Virus record (IMG/VR): IMGVR_UViG_3300050498_000023
Coordinates: 1 to 47,596 of that record
Length of the DNA stretch: 47,596 bases
Strand: one strand, 5' to 3'
Source: a virus
Both the position numbers and the translations under genes were made by a program. The notes under the pieces are model-generated. The model was not told where the DNA came from. It made no database searches and was given only the letters and a program-made list of their open reading frames with translations. Position 1 is the first letter of the stretch, and each line of letters starts with the position of its first letter. Below are positions 1-7,971 of the stretch, in pieces.

Positions 1-127
1 TGATCTACTCGTCGCAGCGTTGGAAGATAGTTATCGGCAATCCTGTAGAATGCTTCCTGATCCTCACTTTTCGCTGCCATTAGCACTGATGTGATGTCAC
101 CACTCATCACTTCAGCTTCTACGTTGT
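1..127. repeat. Terminal direct repeat, copy 1 (identical to 47470-47596): closure overlap of a 47,469-bp circular or terminally redundant genome
   Basis: Bases 1-127 (tgatctactcgtcgcagc...cttctacgttgt) are read again base for base at 47470-47596, ending exactly at the window end. Confidence 0.95.
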
Positions 128-557
128 CTAGAATCGTAGCTTTTTCTGCACTCGCACGCGCATCCTTAATCGACGGAAATACCTCCGTAAACTGCTGCTC
201 ACGATAATACGCCTTCTCCAAGTACGGAAAATCTTTGAACAGTTTAGGATACTTTGCGAGTATTTCACGCCGTCTTACCGGCGTCATTAGCTCCAAATCT
301 TCTTCTTTTGGTCCCTCTAGTTCTTCCTCAATTTCCTTCAGTTCATCTACTTCTTCCTCTTTCCCATCCTTTTCAGTTTCATCTTCAGGTTCTTCAGTTT
401 CAGCTTCATCAGCTTTCTTTTCTTTTCCAATATCAAGTACTTCAGGTTCATCTTCGACATTCAACAGCTCGAAAGTATCAGTCTCTTTTTCTTCGCTTGC
501 ACCCGCACCCGCCGGCGCATCAGGAGCAGCGAATAATTTACTGAACTGTAGGTTCAT
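1..557 (-). CDS. Scaffolding-like protein, N-terminal part. The gene wraps the window ends and continues at 47469 down to 46743; total 427 aa.
   Basis: I translated the minus strand by hand from the ATG at 557-555 (MNLQFSKLFAAPDAPAGAGASEEKETD...). The frame stays open to base 1 and is in frame with the 46743..47579 ORF (557 minus 110 is a multiple of 3). It is highly acidic and sits between portal and capsid genes. Its start overlaps the portal stop. Confidence 0.7.
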   Translation of the reverse strand, partial: MNLQFSKLFAAPDAPAGAGASEEKETDTFELLNVEDEPEVLDIGKEKKADEAETEEPEDETEKDGKEEEVDELKEIEEELEGPKEEDLELMTPVRRREILAKYPKLFKDFPYLEKAYYREQQFTEVFPSIKDARASAEKATILDNVEAEVMSGDITSVLMAAKSEDQEAFYRIADNYLPTLRRVD

Positions 558-2859
558 ACTGTCCCTCATTTAATTGTTGACCCGTACTATCTGCTTGTGG
601 TGCCGGTGGTGCTTGTGCCTGCATCATCTGCATCTGTTGCTGCATCTGCATCTGCATATCCATATCTTTATGCATCTTCATATGCAGTAGCACATTTTCA
701 TATCCAGCGGGATTGTCAGTTTTGCACAATCTACCCGCGTCACTTACTAACCACCGTCTACAAATGTCAGCTTCCAGAACGTGATTATCTACATCAAAAT
801 CTGGTTGTATTGATGGTACTCGCTGCGGTGGAGGTGGCTCAGTGCCGAAGGCCATCGCCTGCTCAACCATCATGGGATCAGGCGGTACTTCAATTGGCTC
901 ACTGTTAATCAACAGTTGAATTTCTTCGTACTGTTTCTGTCTATCATCTTCACCTGGAATAATGTAGTCATTCAAACCAATTGCCTTCTTGATGAATGGC
1001 ATGTTTTCTGGTGATGCAAGTGTTGCAGTTATGCCATCATTGTTCAGTTGGAACAGTTCCATGATAGCATCTTTCTGCTGATTCCATGTAATTGGTAGAT
1101 TCTCGTTCGCCTCTAGTTCGACGTTTCCAATTTTCCCCTGTAACTCAGCCATACGGATAAACACGTTGACGAAGTTACCAAATTCGTCCTTCTTTACCTG
1201 CTTCTCGTCATCCTTCATCTCTTTGATATACATCGGAATGACTTTACCGAAGATATCCTTCCACCAAAGTAGTAGCATCTTCCACGTTGATTGCAATCTC
1301 TGCAACGCCTGAGCGCGACTCATCGAATATTCAGATGCAGTGCGCGAACCACTCATCTGACCACCAAAGAGAGAAGGTAAAGCTCCTGATACCATTTGAC
1401 CGATCTCCTGAATCTTCTGGGCAAATGGTAATACCTCCTGTGAAAGAGTCGCCGTCCTAACTTCGTAGAACCCTTCTGATAACGGCTTCCCCGATTTGGG
1501 AGTAGCAGGATATATTCCACCGGGGATAACCTCCGAATTACGGTATGCATTGAAATTCAACACTTTCGGGTCTGCAAACGTCTGTGGTATCCCATGTTCT
1601 ACTGTCTGGAGTACAAGAGAGATAAGATCGTTTGTAATATCCTGCACCGAAGTGAGTAGTAGGCCAATTGGGTCGAAATGAAGATAATCCGACAGCGGAT
1701 TGTGAGTAATCGTCCAGTGGTCATCAAGAGCTTCATTACAAGCATGTGCCACGAAGTCATTAACCACCACGCATTTCACGCCATCAGGAAATTGCTTCTT
1801 CAAATCCTCAACTTCATCCGCATTCAGGACGTGATATGAGCACGGTCTAAGCCAACAGTTTCTAACTGTGACATTATTGATAGGATGCTCTCCACGATAC
1901 TGTGGGCTAGTTCTTCCCCACTGTTCGTACAGATCATAAGTAGCTCCCCCTCTTTGAATCTTATCTCGAAGTTCGGGATATTGGTCCAACACATTAGCGT
2001 AGTGTGTTTCATAGCTGTAGATGAGATAGCTACACTCTTTTTGACCTCTAGCCCAGACGGGAACTTTAACAAACAGCCCACCGAATACCTCCATGCAAAT
2101 CCGGCTCTTAGGATGCTTAGTCACACCCACAAGTTTCGTTATAGTAATTGATTGCCGTTTTTTGTCTGGTATAATAGACTGCGCGCAATTAGGACACATT
2201 TCCAATTCTGGTTCCGTCTCCATTGCATAGTCTATGTCTACATCTTCTTCTCCCGGTGCAAATTTATCCTCTTGAGTCTGCGTAATCGTTTCGTCAGCCA
2301 GTTCCGTCTGACATAACGGACAGACACTCAATTCATGTTCTTCTTGTTCATCTTTGTATTCTTTCTTCTCATATGTTCCGTATTTCTCGTCCGCGTGTGG
2401 ATAACTGTAACACGCTGTCATGCCTTCTGTGCAATACACGAACAGCGCGTGCAACCAAAATAGTGGAGCATTGTTATGCTTGAATACTAGTTCAGCGATT
2501 TTATCTCCTGCTTTAGCCGTTGCAATATCTAGCGAGTTTTCAGCATCGTCAGGATAACAAGTGACAGGAGGTACAGTGACAGATAGAGCAGCAATAATAG
2601 ACTCCAAATACGCGCGATAAACATTGACTGGCTTGTCGTAATATCCTTGATCACTATCTTCACCGACTCTTTCAGCTTCAGGAATGCGCCAGTCATGTGC
2701 AACCTCGCTGTAGTAGGTGTGCTGAATATTTTCCCACAGTAACTTCAATCTTCTCCACTGCTTGATTTGCCTATCACGCACAGCTCTATCTTCATCATCG
2801 AAATGATCAATGAGCTGCTTGAGTAGAGATTTAGTTGCGTCGTTTATCTCTTTAGCCAT
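538..2859 (-). CDS. Portal protein (putative), with a Cys4 insertion and a Met/Gln-rich C-terminal tail
   Basis: 773-aa ORF directly upstream of the scaffold-like and capsid genes and downstream of the TerL block. The call rests on size and position; no family motif was recognised by eye. Confidence 0.65.
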   Translation of the reverse strand: MAKEINDATKSLLKQLIDHFDDEDRAVRDRQIKQWRRLKLLWENIQHTYYSEVAHDWRIPEAERVGEDSDQGYYDKPVNVYRAYLESIIAALSVTVPPVTCYPDDAENSLDIATAKAGDKIAELVFKHNNAPLFWLHALFVYCTEGMTACYSYPHADEKYGTYEKKEYKDEQEEHELSVCPLCQTELADETITQTQEDKFAPGEEDVDIDYAMETEPELEMCPNCAQSIIPDKKRQSITITKLVGVTKHPKSRICMEVFGGLFVKVPVWARGQKECSYLIYSYETHYANVLDQYPELRDKIQRGGATYDLYEQWGRTSPQYRGEHPINNVTVRNCWLRPCSYHVLNADEVEDLKKQFPDGVKCVVVNDFVAHACNEALDDHWTITHNPLSDYLHFDPIGLLLTSVQDITNDLISLVLQTVEHGIPQTFADPKVLNFNAYRNSEVIPGGIYPATPKSGKPLSEGFYEVRTATLSQEVLPFAQKIQEIGQMVSGALPSLFGGQMSGSRTASEYSMSRAQALQRLQSTWKMLLLWWKDIFGKVIPMYIKEMKDDEKQVKKDEFGNFVNVFIRMAELQGKIGNVELEANENLPITWNQQKDAIMELFQLNNDGITATLASPENMPFIKKAIGLNDYIIPGEDDRQKQYEEIQLLINSEPIEVPPDPMMVEQAMAFGTEPPPPQRVPSIQPDFDVDNHVLEADICRRWLVSDAGRLCKTDNPAGYENVLLHMKMHKDMDMQMQMQQQMQMMQAQAPPAPQADSTGQQLNEGQYEPTVQ

Positions 2860-3672
2860 TTAATAGGCCATTTCTTCTTCTTGCTGTTGCGGTATTCTTG
2901 ACTTCTTCTTTTTACTAGTCGCCGGTCCCTGAATATTTGCTGTTGGTTGGAAGATACTCCTACCGCCTCTTTCTGATCTAATTGGGGGCATTCTTGTTGT
3001 GTACGGAGTTTCGTCATCGCTGCCGAGGAAGTTTACGTCGTATCCTTTACGGAATGGCTGATTTCTAATTGCTTCTTGTCTACCTTGGAATATTGACTGC
3101 GCCAAATTCGGGTTACTTTGGTCTACCTGATTCATCGGGTTATTACGGTAATTGTATCCACCACGCGGCATTACCTGACTTCCTCCACGTGGCACTGCCT
3201 GTTGTGGAACAAAATCTGGTGTTCTATAAGATGGCTGTTGTTGCTGTCCGCCATCACGATTAGAAAATCTATCAACAAGCCCACCTATTGTATCTTTCCA
3301 ACTACCCGGCTGTTGTATTGGTTGGTTTGGAGCACCGCCGATATTACTGAGAGTACCCTTAGCGACGTTACCAAGTGCGCTCTTAATTCCTGTCTTAGCG
3401 CCTATCTTCATGCCTTCACCAACTGATTTACTTACAGCAGTTGACGAGGGACCAAGTCCCTTGATGGGAATTTTACTCGTTGCGGCTCCAATTCCTCCAG
3501 CGAGTAGTGCATCTTTCCAACTACCACCACTAGCCTTCTTAGCCGCAGCACTAGTACCCGCACTAATAGCCATTGATGCGAGTGGACCCACACCAGGAAT
3601 AAATGCGGCGGCTATAGGCGCAGCTTTTAGTGCGACCTTACCAACCTTTTTCATTACACTTTTGAAGCCCAT
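2860..3672 (-). CDS. Gly/Ala/Gln-rich low-complexity protein (possible virion or ejection protein)
   Basis: 270-aa ORF abutting the portal start, with RBS aaaggtg 5 nt upstream. It has an amphipathic Gly/Ala N-terminus (GKVALKAAPIAAAFIPGVGPLASMAISAG) and a Q/N/R-rich C-terminal half. Confidence 0.55.
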   Translation of the reverse strand: MGFKSVMKKVGKVALKAAPIAAAFIPGVGPLASMAISAGTSAAAKKASGGSWKDALLAGGIGAATSKIPIKGLGPSSTAVSKSVGEGMKIGAKTGIKSALGNVAKGTLSNIGGAPNQPIQQPGSWKDTIGGLVDRFSNRDGGQQQQPSYRTPDFVPQQAVPRGGSQVMPRGGYNYRNNPMNQVDQSNPNLAQSIFQGRQEAIRNQPFRKGYDVNFLGSDDETPYTTRMPPIRSERGGRSIFQPTANIQGPATSKKKKSRIPQQQEEEMAY

Positions 3673-3681
3673 ATCACACCT

Positions 3682-3822
3682 TTATGTCGGCCACGGAATC
3701 ATTGATGCAGTTAGAAATGTCAGTCCAGCCGCAATTAGACGAGGGTGGTAGGGCTGTGTCATACTTAGCGTTGCTAATGCGAAGCATACCAACGCGAATA
3801 CTAACAGGATGAGTTTGATCAT
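3682..3822 (-). CDS. 46-aa two-TM membrane protein (holin-like candidate); not on the ORF track
   Basis: Hand translation gives MIKLILLVFALVCFALATLSMTQPYHPRLIAAGLTFLTASMIPWPT. RBS ggag lies 5 nt upstream, and the ATGA overlaps the preceding small ORF. There are two hydrophobic segments. Confidence 0.5.
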   Translation of the reverse strand: MIKLILLVFALVCFALATLSMTQPYHPRLIAAGLTFLTASMIPWPT

Positions 3823-3935
3823 TTGCTCCACTCTTTCCTTTTACTCGCGGGCGTCTTTTTCACAAACTCTTTTGCTACTGCTTCAGACGGTCCAATCCCT
3901 TTACGCGGAGAAGCGCCATGCGCGATAGCCTGCAT
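3819..3935 (-). CDS. 38-aa basic hypothetical protein; not on the ORF track
   Basis: Hand translation gives MQAIAHGASPRKGIGPSEAVAKEFVKKTPASKRKEWSK. Its stop overlaps the next ATG (ATGA). No clear RBS. Confidence 0.3.
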   Translation of the reverse strand: MQAIAHGASPRKGIGPSEAVAKEFVKKTPASKRKEWSK

Positions 3936-3939
3936 GAAT

Positions 3940-4287
3940 CTATACTGTTTCGCGCTTTTCGCTGGCATCATCACTCCGTGGAATTATCTTCAGTTCTTTC
4001 TCTAACTCGTCAATTTCCTTCATCCTATCTCGCTTCAGTTGTGCAGTCTTTCTATCTTCTGCTTCCAACATCTGCTGCTTCACGCGCCACGGAATGAACT
4101 GCGGTGTAATCGCCTTCGGTTCCTCTACGTGCGCGTGTGAAGGTTCAGGCTTATCCTTCTCTAGTAGTCGTGAAAGTAGCTCCCTTCGCTCCATTTCACT
4201 CTTATCGAGTTGATCCCGAAGGACTTCACACGTCGTACAAGATACAGGATCGAGCCTGAACCATTTTCTAAAAAGTTCTGAAATCAT
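3940..4287 (-). CDS. Hypothetical coiled-coil protein
   Basis: ORF-track frame 3940..4299. The ATG at 4287 forms an ATGA overlap with the upstream stop, so I prefer it to the GTG at 4299. The sequence is charged and heptad-like (ERRELLSRLLEKDK, MKEIDELEKELK). Confidence 0.5.
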   Translation of the reverse strand: MISELFRKWFRLDPVSCTTCEVLRDQLDKSEMERRELLSRLLEKDKPEPSHAHVEEPKAITPQFIPWRVKQQMLEAEDRKTAQLKRDRMKEIDELEKELKIIPRSDDASEKRETV

Positions 4288-5849
4288 TGCACCTGCCACT
4301 CATGAATGTATGCGTTGATTAGACCCCACGTAACTTCACCTTGATCCGCACCCTGAGCGATCGTGTATAACCGTCTCGTCTCAGCGTTAAAGAATCCAGT
4401 AGCATTCATCTTCGCATTGCCTACTGAACTAACCGGCGCGGTGACGATGTCGTAATCCTTCTCAAGATTAGACCATGCAATAGGTTCTTGCTCGTAATCT
4501 ACTGCATCTCCATCACGCACTCGATTCAAATCAGACCAATCGTAGTTAAATGCGGCGGGATATCTCGCGGTCGCTACTGGTCCTGTAATTCCTGCTGGGA
4601 CCGCGTCACATCCATGCGGACATCTGTAGTTGTTTAGTCCCGTCGCATACCAGATATGACACGCTAGACAATTGGTAGGATCGAGTATCGGACTACCTGA
4701 CACGCCCGCGAAGAACATGACGCGATCTTCTAGAGGAACAAATCCACCAAGCGTATCATTATCAGTCCAGCTACCAATGCCATTGTAATGAATAGGATTG
4801 ATGAAATTACTCTGCTGATTTATATCTCCATCGTAAATATATGCATCTATTGGTCGTCTCTGCGACCGAACTGGACCAGATGCAATGCCACTAACCCTAT
4901 CAATTTCTGTCCCCATGTAGTAATGCCACAAGTATTTATCAGGTAACATTATGTCGTTACCCGGTCCTACTGGCATTGTTCGGGTAGGCCATTGTGCGCC
5001 ACCGTGCAGATTAGCTCCCCAAGGATATCCTGAATTACCACTGGACATCGCGGTACTCGTGAGAACTGATCCATCTACTGGATGCGCGCGTAGGCAGGAG
5101 GAAATTCTTGTTCCGAATCTCATTGAACCATCTGGGTCCATTCCGGCGAATCTGAATGGTCCATATGCTTCAGTTGTCCCATCATCATTCAATTGAACTC
5201 CGACGCAATTCCAATCTGGTCTACCTGTTACGTTGTATGTATCTCCATAAGTGGCGAAGAAAAGATCTAATTCGGGATGATAGTAGTGACCAGTTGTAAC
5301 GACGGAATTGTTTCCCGCGAAATCTACGTATTCCCAATCGTTACCTGACTTTCCTTCTTTCCTTGCTTTCGAGTAAAGTAAAAAGAAGAGAGTTGCTAGC
5401 TGGTGTAAGTGCGGAAGATGCAACTTCTTCGCTAAATCTCTATAACCTCTGGAACTGGACAGCATGGACGCGACTTGCATCCACGTCCCACGCTTACCTT
5501 TGTATGGATCATTCCAACTTCTCACCAACGTAGCTACTGGCTCGTCACTAATCTCTACTTCATTGATTGGAGATCCTAACACTACATCTCCTGTGAACAG
5601 CAATCTGACTTTACCATTCACGATTCGGCCCGTGCAATCTCCGTATGCAAAGCCCATGTTCAAACTAGGTAGGCCAATCTTACGAACATAGGTTAATCCT
5701 ATGTCTCCCATGACTGGAGGATCAATTGGATCTGGAGGATCTATGTCAGGTGGAACGATATTAGACAGAGTTAGAGTCCCCCGCAGATTCTTTGCAGAAC
5801 CATCAGGGTTAACTACTGACAATGAAACTTTATAATCGCCGGTAGTCAT
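4284..5849 (-). CDS. 521-aa hypothetical protein with an N-terminal Ig-like segment and a Pro/Asp linker
   Basis: Long ORF translationally coupled (ATGA) at both ends. It has a PPDIDPPDPIDPP linker after about 30 aa and a Cys cluster (CLACHIWYATGLNNYRCPHGC). No family recognised. Confidence 0.6.
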   Translation of the reverse strand: MTTGDYKVSLSVVNPDGSAKNLRGTLTLSNIVPPDIDPPDPIDPPVMGDIGLTYVRKIGLPSLNMGFAYGDCTGRIVNGKVRLLFTGDVVLGSPINEVEISDEPVATLVRSWNDPYKGKRGTWMQVASMLSSSRGYRDLAKKLHLPHLHQLATLFFLLYSKARKEGKSGNDWEYVDFAGNNSVVTTGHYYHPELDLFFATYGDTYNVTGRPDWNCVGVQLNDDGTTEAYGPFRFAGMDPDGSMRFGTRISSCLRAHPVDGSVLTSTAMSSGNSGYPWGANLHGGAQWPTRTMPVGPGNDIMLPDKYLWHYYMGTEIDRVSGIASGPVRSQRRPIDAYIYDGDINQQSNFINPIHYNGIGSWTDNDTLGGFVPLEDRVMFFAGVSGSPILDPTNCLACHIWYATGLNNYRCPHGCDAVPAGITGPVATARYPAAFNYDWSDLNRVRDGDAVDYEQEPIAWSNLEKDYDIVTAPVSSVGNAKMNATGFFNAETRRLYTIAQGADQGEVTWGLINAYIHEWQVQ

Positions 5850-6301
5850 TTCACCACTACTTCTTTTTTCAGAAGCTCAACTGTATTTTGGAATGCGCGC
5901 TCAAGGAGTTCAGGTGAGAGATGCAGAGGATACACTGAACCCGAACGACCCATTCCAGACATAACACAATCAGCGATGAAATCCAATACGTCGATCAGAT
6001 TCACATCGAATGGAACACCATCATTTTCCGTAAGATGATGGCGATTCAACTTACGATGTGCATCCCACCAAGTTGTCTGCTTAAATCCTGTGAGAAAATC
6101 ACGATGAAATCCATCGATATCCGTCAGTTTGTCTGGATCATGATTCGTCTTAGCATCTTGAATCTTTCCAATGAAAAATTCCAGTGCTTGATGGATATCA
6201 TCGATGTGTTGAACCGAACTTTTATACAAAGTCTCCTTTGAAACTTTTGTATAATCACAAGTTCGTGTATCAGCGGTTGAACTCTTTTCAATAGTAATCA
6301 A
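5846..6301 (-). CDS. 151-aa hypothetical protein (His/Asp-rich helical; family uncertain)
   Basis: ORF with a TTG start overlapping the TerL stop (TTGA). Motifs noted: NHDPDKL, WWDAHRKLNRHH, NLIDVLDFIADC. The resemblance to small phage HD-like helical proteins is only from memory. Confidence 0.45.
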   Translation of the reverse strand: MITIEKSSTADTRTCDYTKVSKETLYKSSVQHIDDIHQALEFFIGKIQDAKTNHDPDKLTDIDGFHRDFLTGFKQTTWWDAHRKLNRHHLTENDGVPFDVNLIDVLDFIADCVMSGMGRSGSVYPLHLSPELLERAFQNTVELLKKEVVVK

Positions 6302-7971
6302 TGTCTATACCTCGACACAGGTTTAATCGAATCGTCTGATTCTACTTTCGCCATGTTCCTGTAGAATGCAGTCCAGTCGTTACTCGTATTCAGCTTGTTT
6401 ACTAACGCTTCTTGTGCTTGGATTTTCTTGAACTCTTGATTAGACTCATCGAAGAATCCTTCTGCTGCATCCACAAGATATCGCAGTCCGTCGATTGGAT
6501 CATCCCCTTCAAATTCTGCAATATCTTCTGCGGGCTTGTTACCTTTTGGTTTGTCGTATGAACAAGCCTTAATTGCTTCGACGAGTATTGGCGCGCATCC
6601 CTCGAATATTTGTAATTTGGGAATATTAGTCTCAGGTTCTTGCGGATCGAATGACTTAAGGTACGATTTGTACTCGTTCATTCCTCTATTCCGCATAATC
6701 CACATTGCATAGTCTTCATTATATAGTGGCATTACATCTTGGCTAATTAGTTTCGGCTGCCACCGTAGATACTCGTGTATGAGTAGTTTTCCAGCAATAC
6801 GCGAACCGGGAGTATTATTACTGAGTTCAACGGATTGACCAAGTTCATCCTCGATTTGTTGCTGAATTGTGTGCTCTTGTCCTCTTTCTTGACCTGCACT
6901 TTTGCAGAATCTGATGAGCCGCGGGTTCTCTTTGTCGATGTAGATTTTAACATGTGGTGCCCATTCCGCAATCTTCGTCTTTACCCAGTATTGCTCACGG
7001 TAAATGTATACGCGCTTCAGCGGAGATATCGCAGCCCATCCGATCCACGTCATTGCAGCGAATCCCCAATCACCAATGACCATGCGCGGCCACCATTGAG
7101 GAATCTCAAACTCTGGAATGACGTGCAATGCATTAGCCGGCTCGTCCTGAAACTTCCTGTCACGAAACTCATCGAACACTTGCCCCTGATACGCATCCCA
7201 ATCGCCTAGTAACTTGGCTTTTCTCTCAGCTTCGATAGTAATTCCCTGTAGTGACTGTCTGTATGTGGGATCAATGTGTCGATTATCTTCAAGAGTTGAG
7301 TGTATATATATTCTTTTGTTTCCTCCTCTACCGATGATAATTTTTCCACCCTTAGGGTAAGGTTTGATAAATCTCTTATAAGTCCAAGTATGACCAATTC
7401 CTCCGGGCATTCCAGCAGCGCGTGTAATACTTGGCAGGCCGGAGTCTTTGGGTGCGCGGTTTCGTTGGAAGGTGATGTAGGTGTAGATCCACTCTGTAAT
7501 GGAGGTAAGCTCATCAGGAGTGTATAAGCAGATTTGCATTGTGTCATATTGGTGCACATCATCTTCATTCTCACAATGACCTAAAAAAATCATTGCCCCT
7601 TCATTTGCTCTGGTTGCACCAGCAGCTCCATACTGATCTTCACGTGGAAAGGTCCAACACATCTCAGTCTTGTTGAGTGTCGCTCCAAATTTTCTGTATA
7701 ACTCTCTAGATCGTGGAATAATTTCATTACGGAGTTCAGGGTATGTTCGTCGCATGAAAACTTGCTTGAACTTCGGATGTTCATGCCATCTATGTACGAT
7801 TCCATAGAGCAATAGCACATCAGATTTACCTGAACCTGCTCCCCCTCCGTAAAACGCTTCCTTTATACTGACCGGAATAGAGAGGAATAGTTCCTGCTTA
7901 GGCTCAGGACGCCATTCATTCTTGTTGAAGACTGGCTCGTTCATGCCAGTACTTAATTGCAAGCTCCCCAA
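6298..7971 (-). CDS. terL: Terminase large subunit
   Basis: Walker A FYGGGAGSGKSD near the N-terminus, and a C-terminal nuclease-like region (VIGDWGF, DPIDGLRYLV). 557 aa. Start uncertain: TTG 7971 or first ATG 7944. Confidence 0.85.
   Translation of the reverse strand: MGSLQLSTGMNEPVFNKNEWRPEPKQELFLSIPVSIKEAFYGGGAGSGKSDVLLLYGIVHRWHEHPKFKQVFMRRTYPELRNEIIPRSRELYRKFGATLNKTEMCWTFPREDQYGAAGATRANEGAMIFLGHCENEDDVHQYDTMQICLYTPDELTSITEWIYTYITFQRNRAPKDSGLPSITRAAGMPGGIGHTWTYKRFIKPYPKGGKIIIGRGGNKRIYIHSTLEDNRHIDPTYRQSLQGITIEAERKAKLLGDWDAYQGQVFDEFRDRKFQDEPANALHVIPEFEIPQWWPRMVIGDWGFAAMTWIGWAAISPLKRVYIYREQYWVKTKIAEWAPHVKIYIDKENPRLIRFCKSAGQERGQEHTIQQQIEDELGQSVELSNNTPGSRIAGKLLIHEYLRWQPKLISQDVMPLYNEDYAMWIMRNRGMNEYKSYLKSFDPQEPETNIPKLQIFEGCAPILVEAIKACSYDKPKGNKPAEDIAEFEGDDPIDGLRYLVDAAEGFFDESNQEFKKIQAQEALVNKLNTSNDWTAFYRNMAKVESDDSIKPVSRYRH

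Noticed and set aside
235-573. Plus-strand Ser-rich ORFs (235..573 and 254..544) on the track
   Set aside because: They are the antisense of a GAA/GAT-rich acidic coding region. The minus strand holds an uninterrupted, start-coupled scaffold-like gene that continues across the genome closure. The composition (poly-Ser/Phe/Leu) is typical of a reverse-frame artefact.
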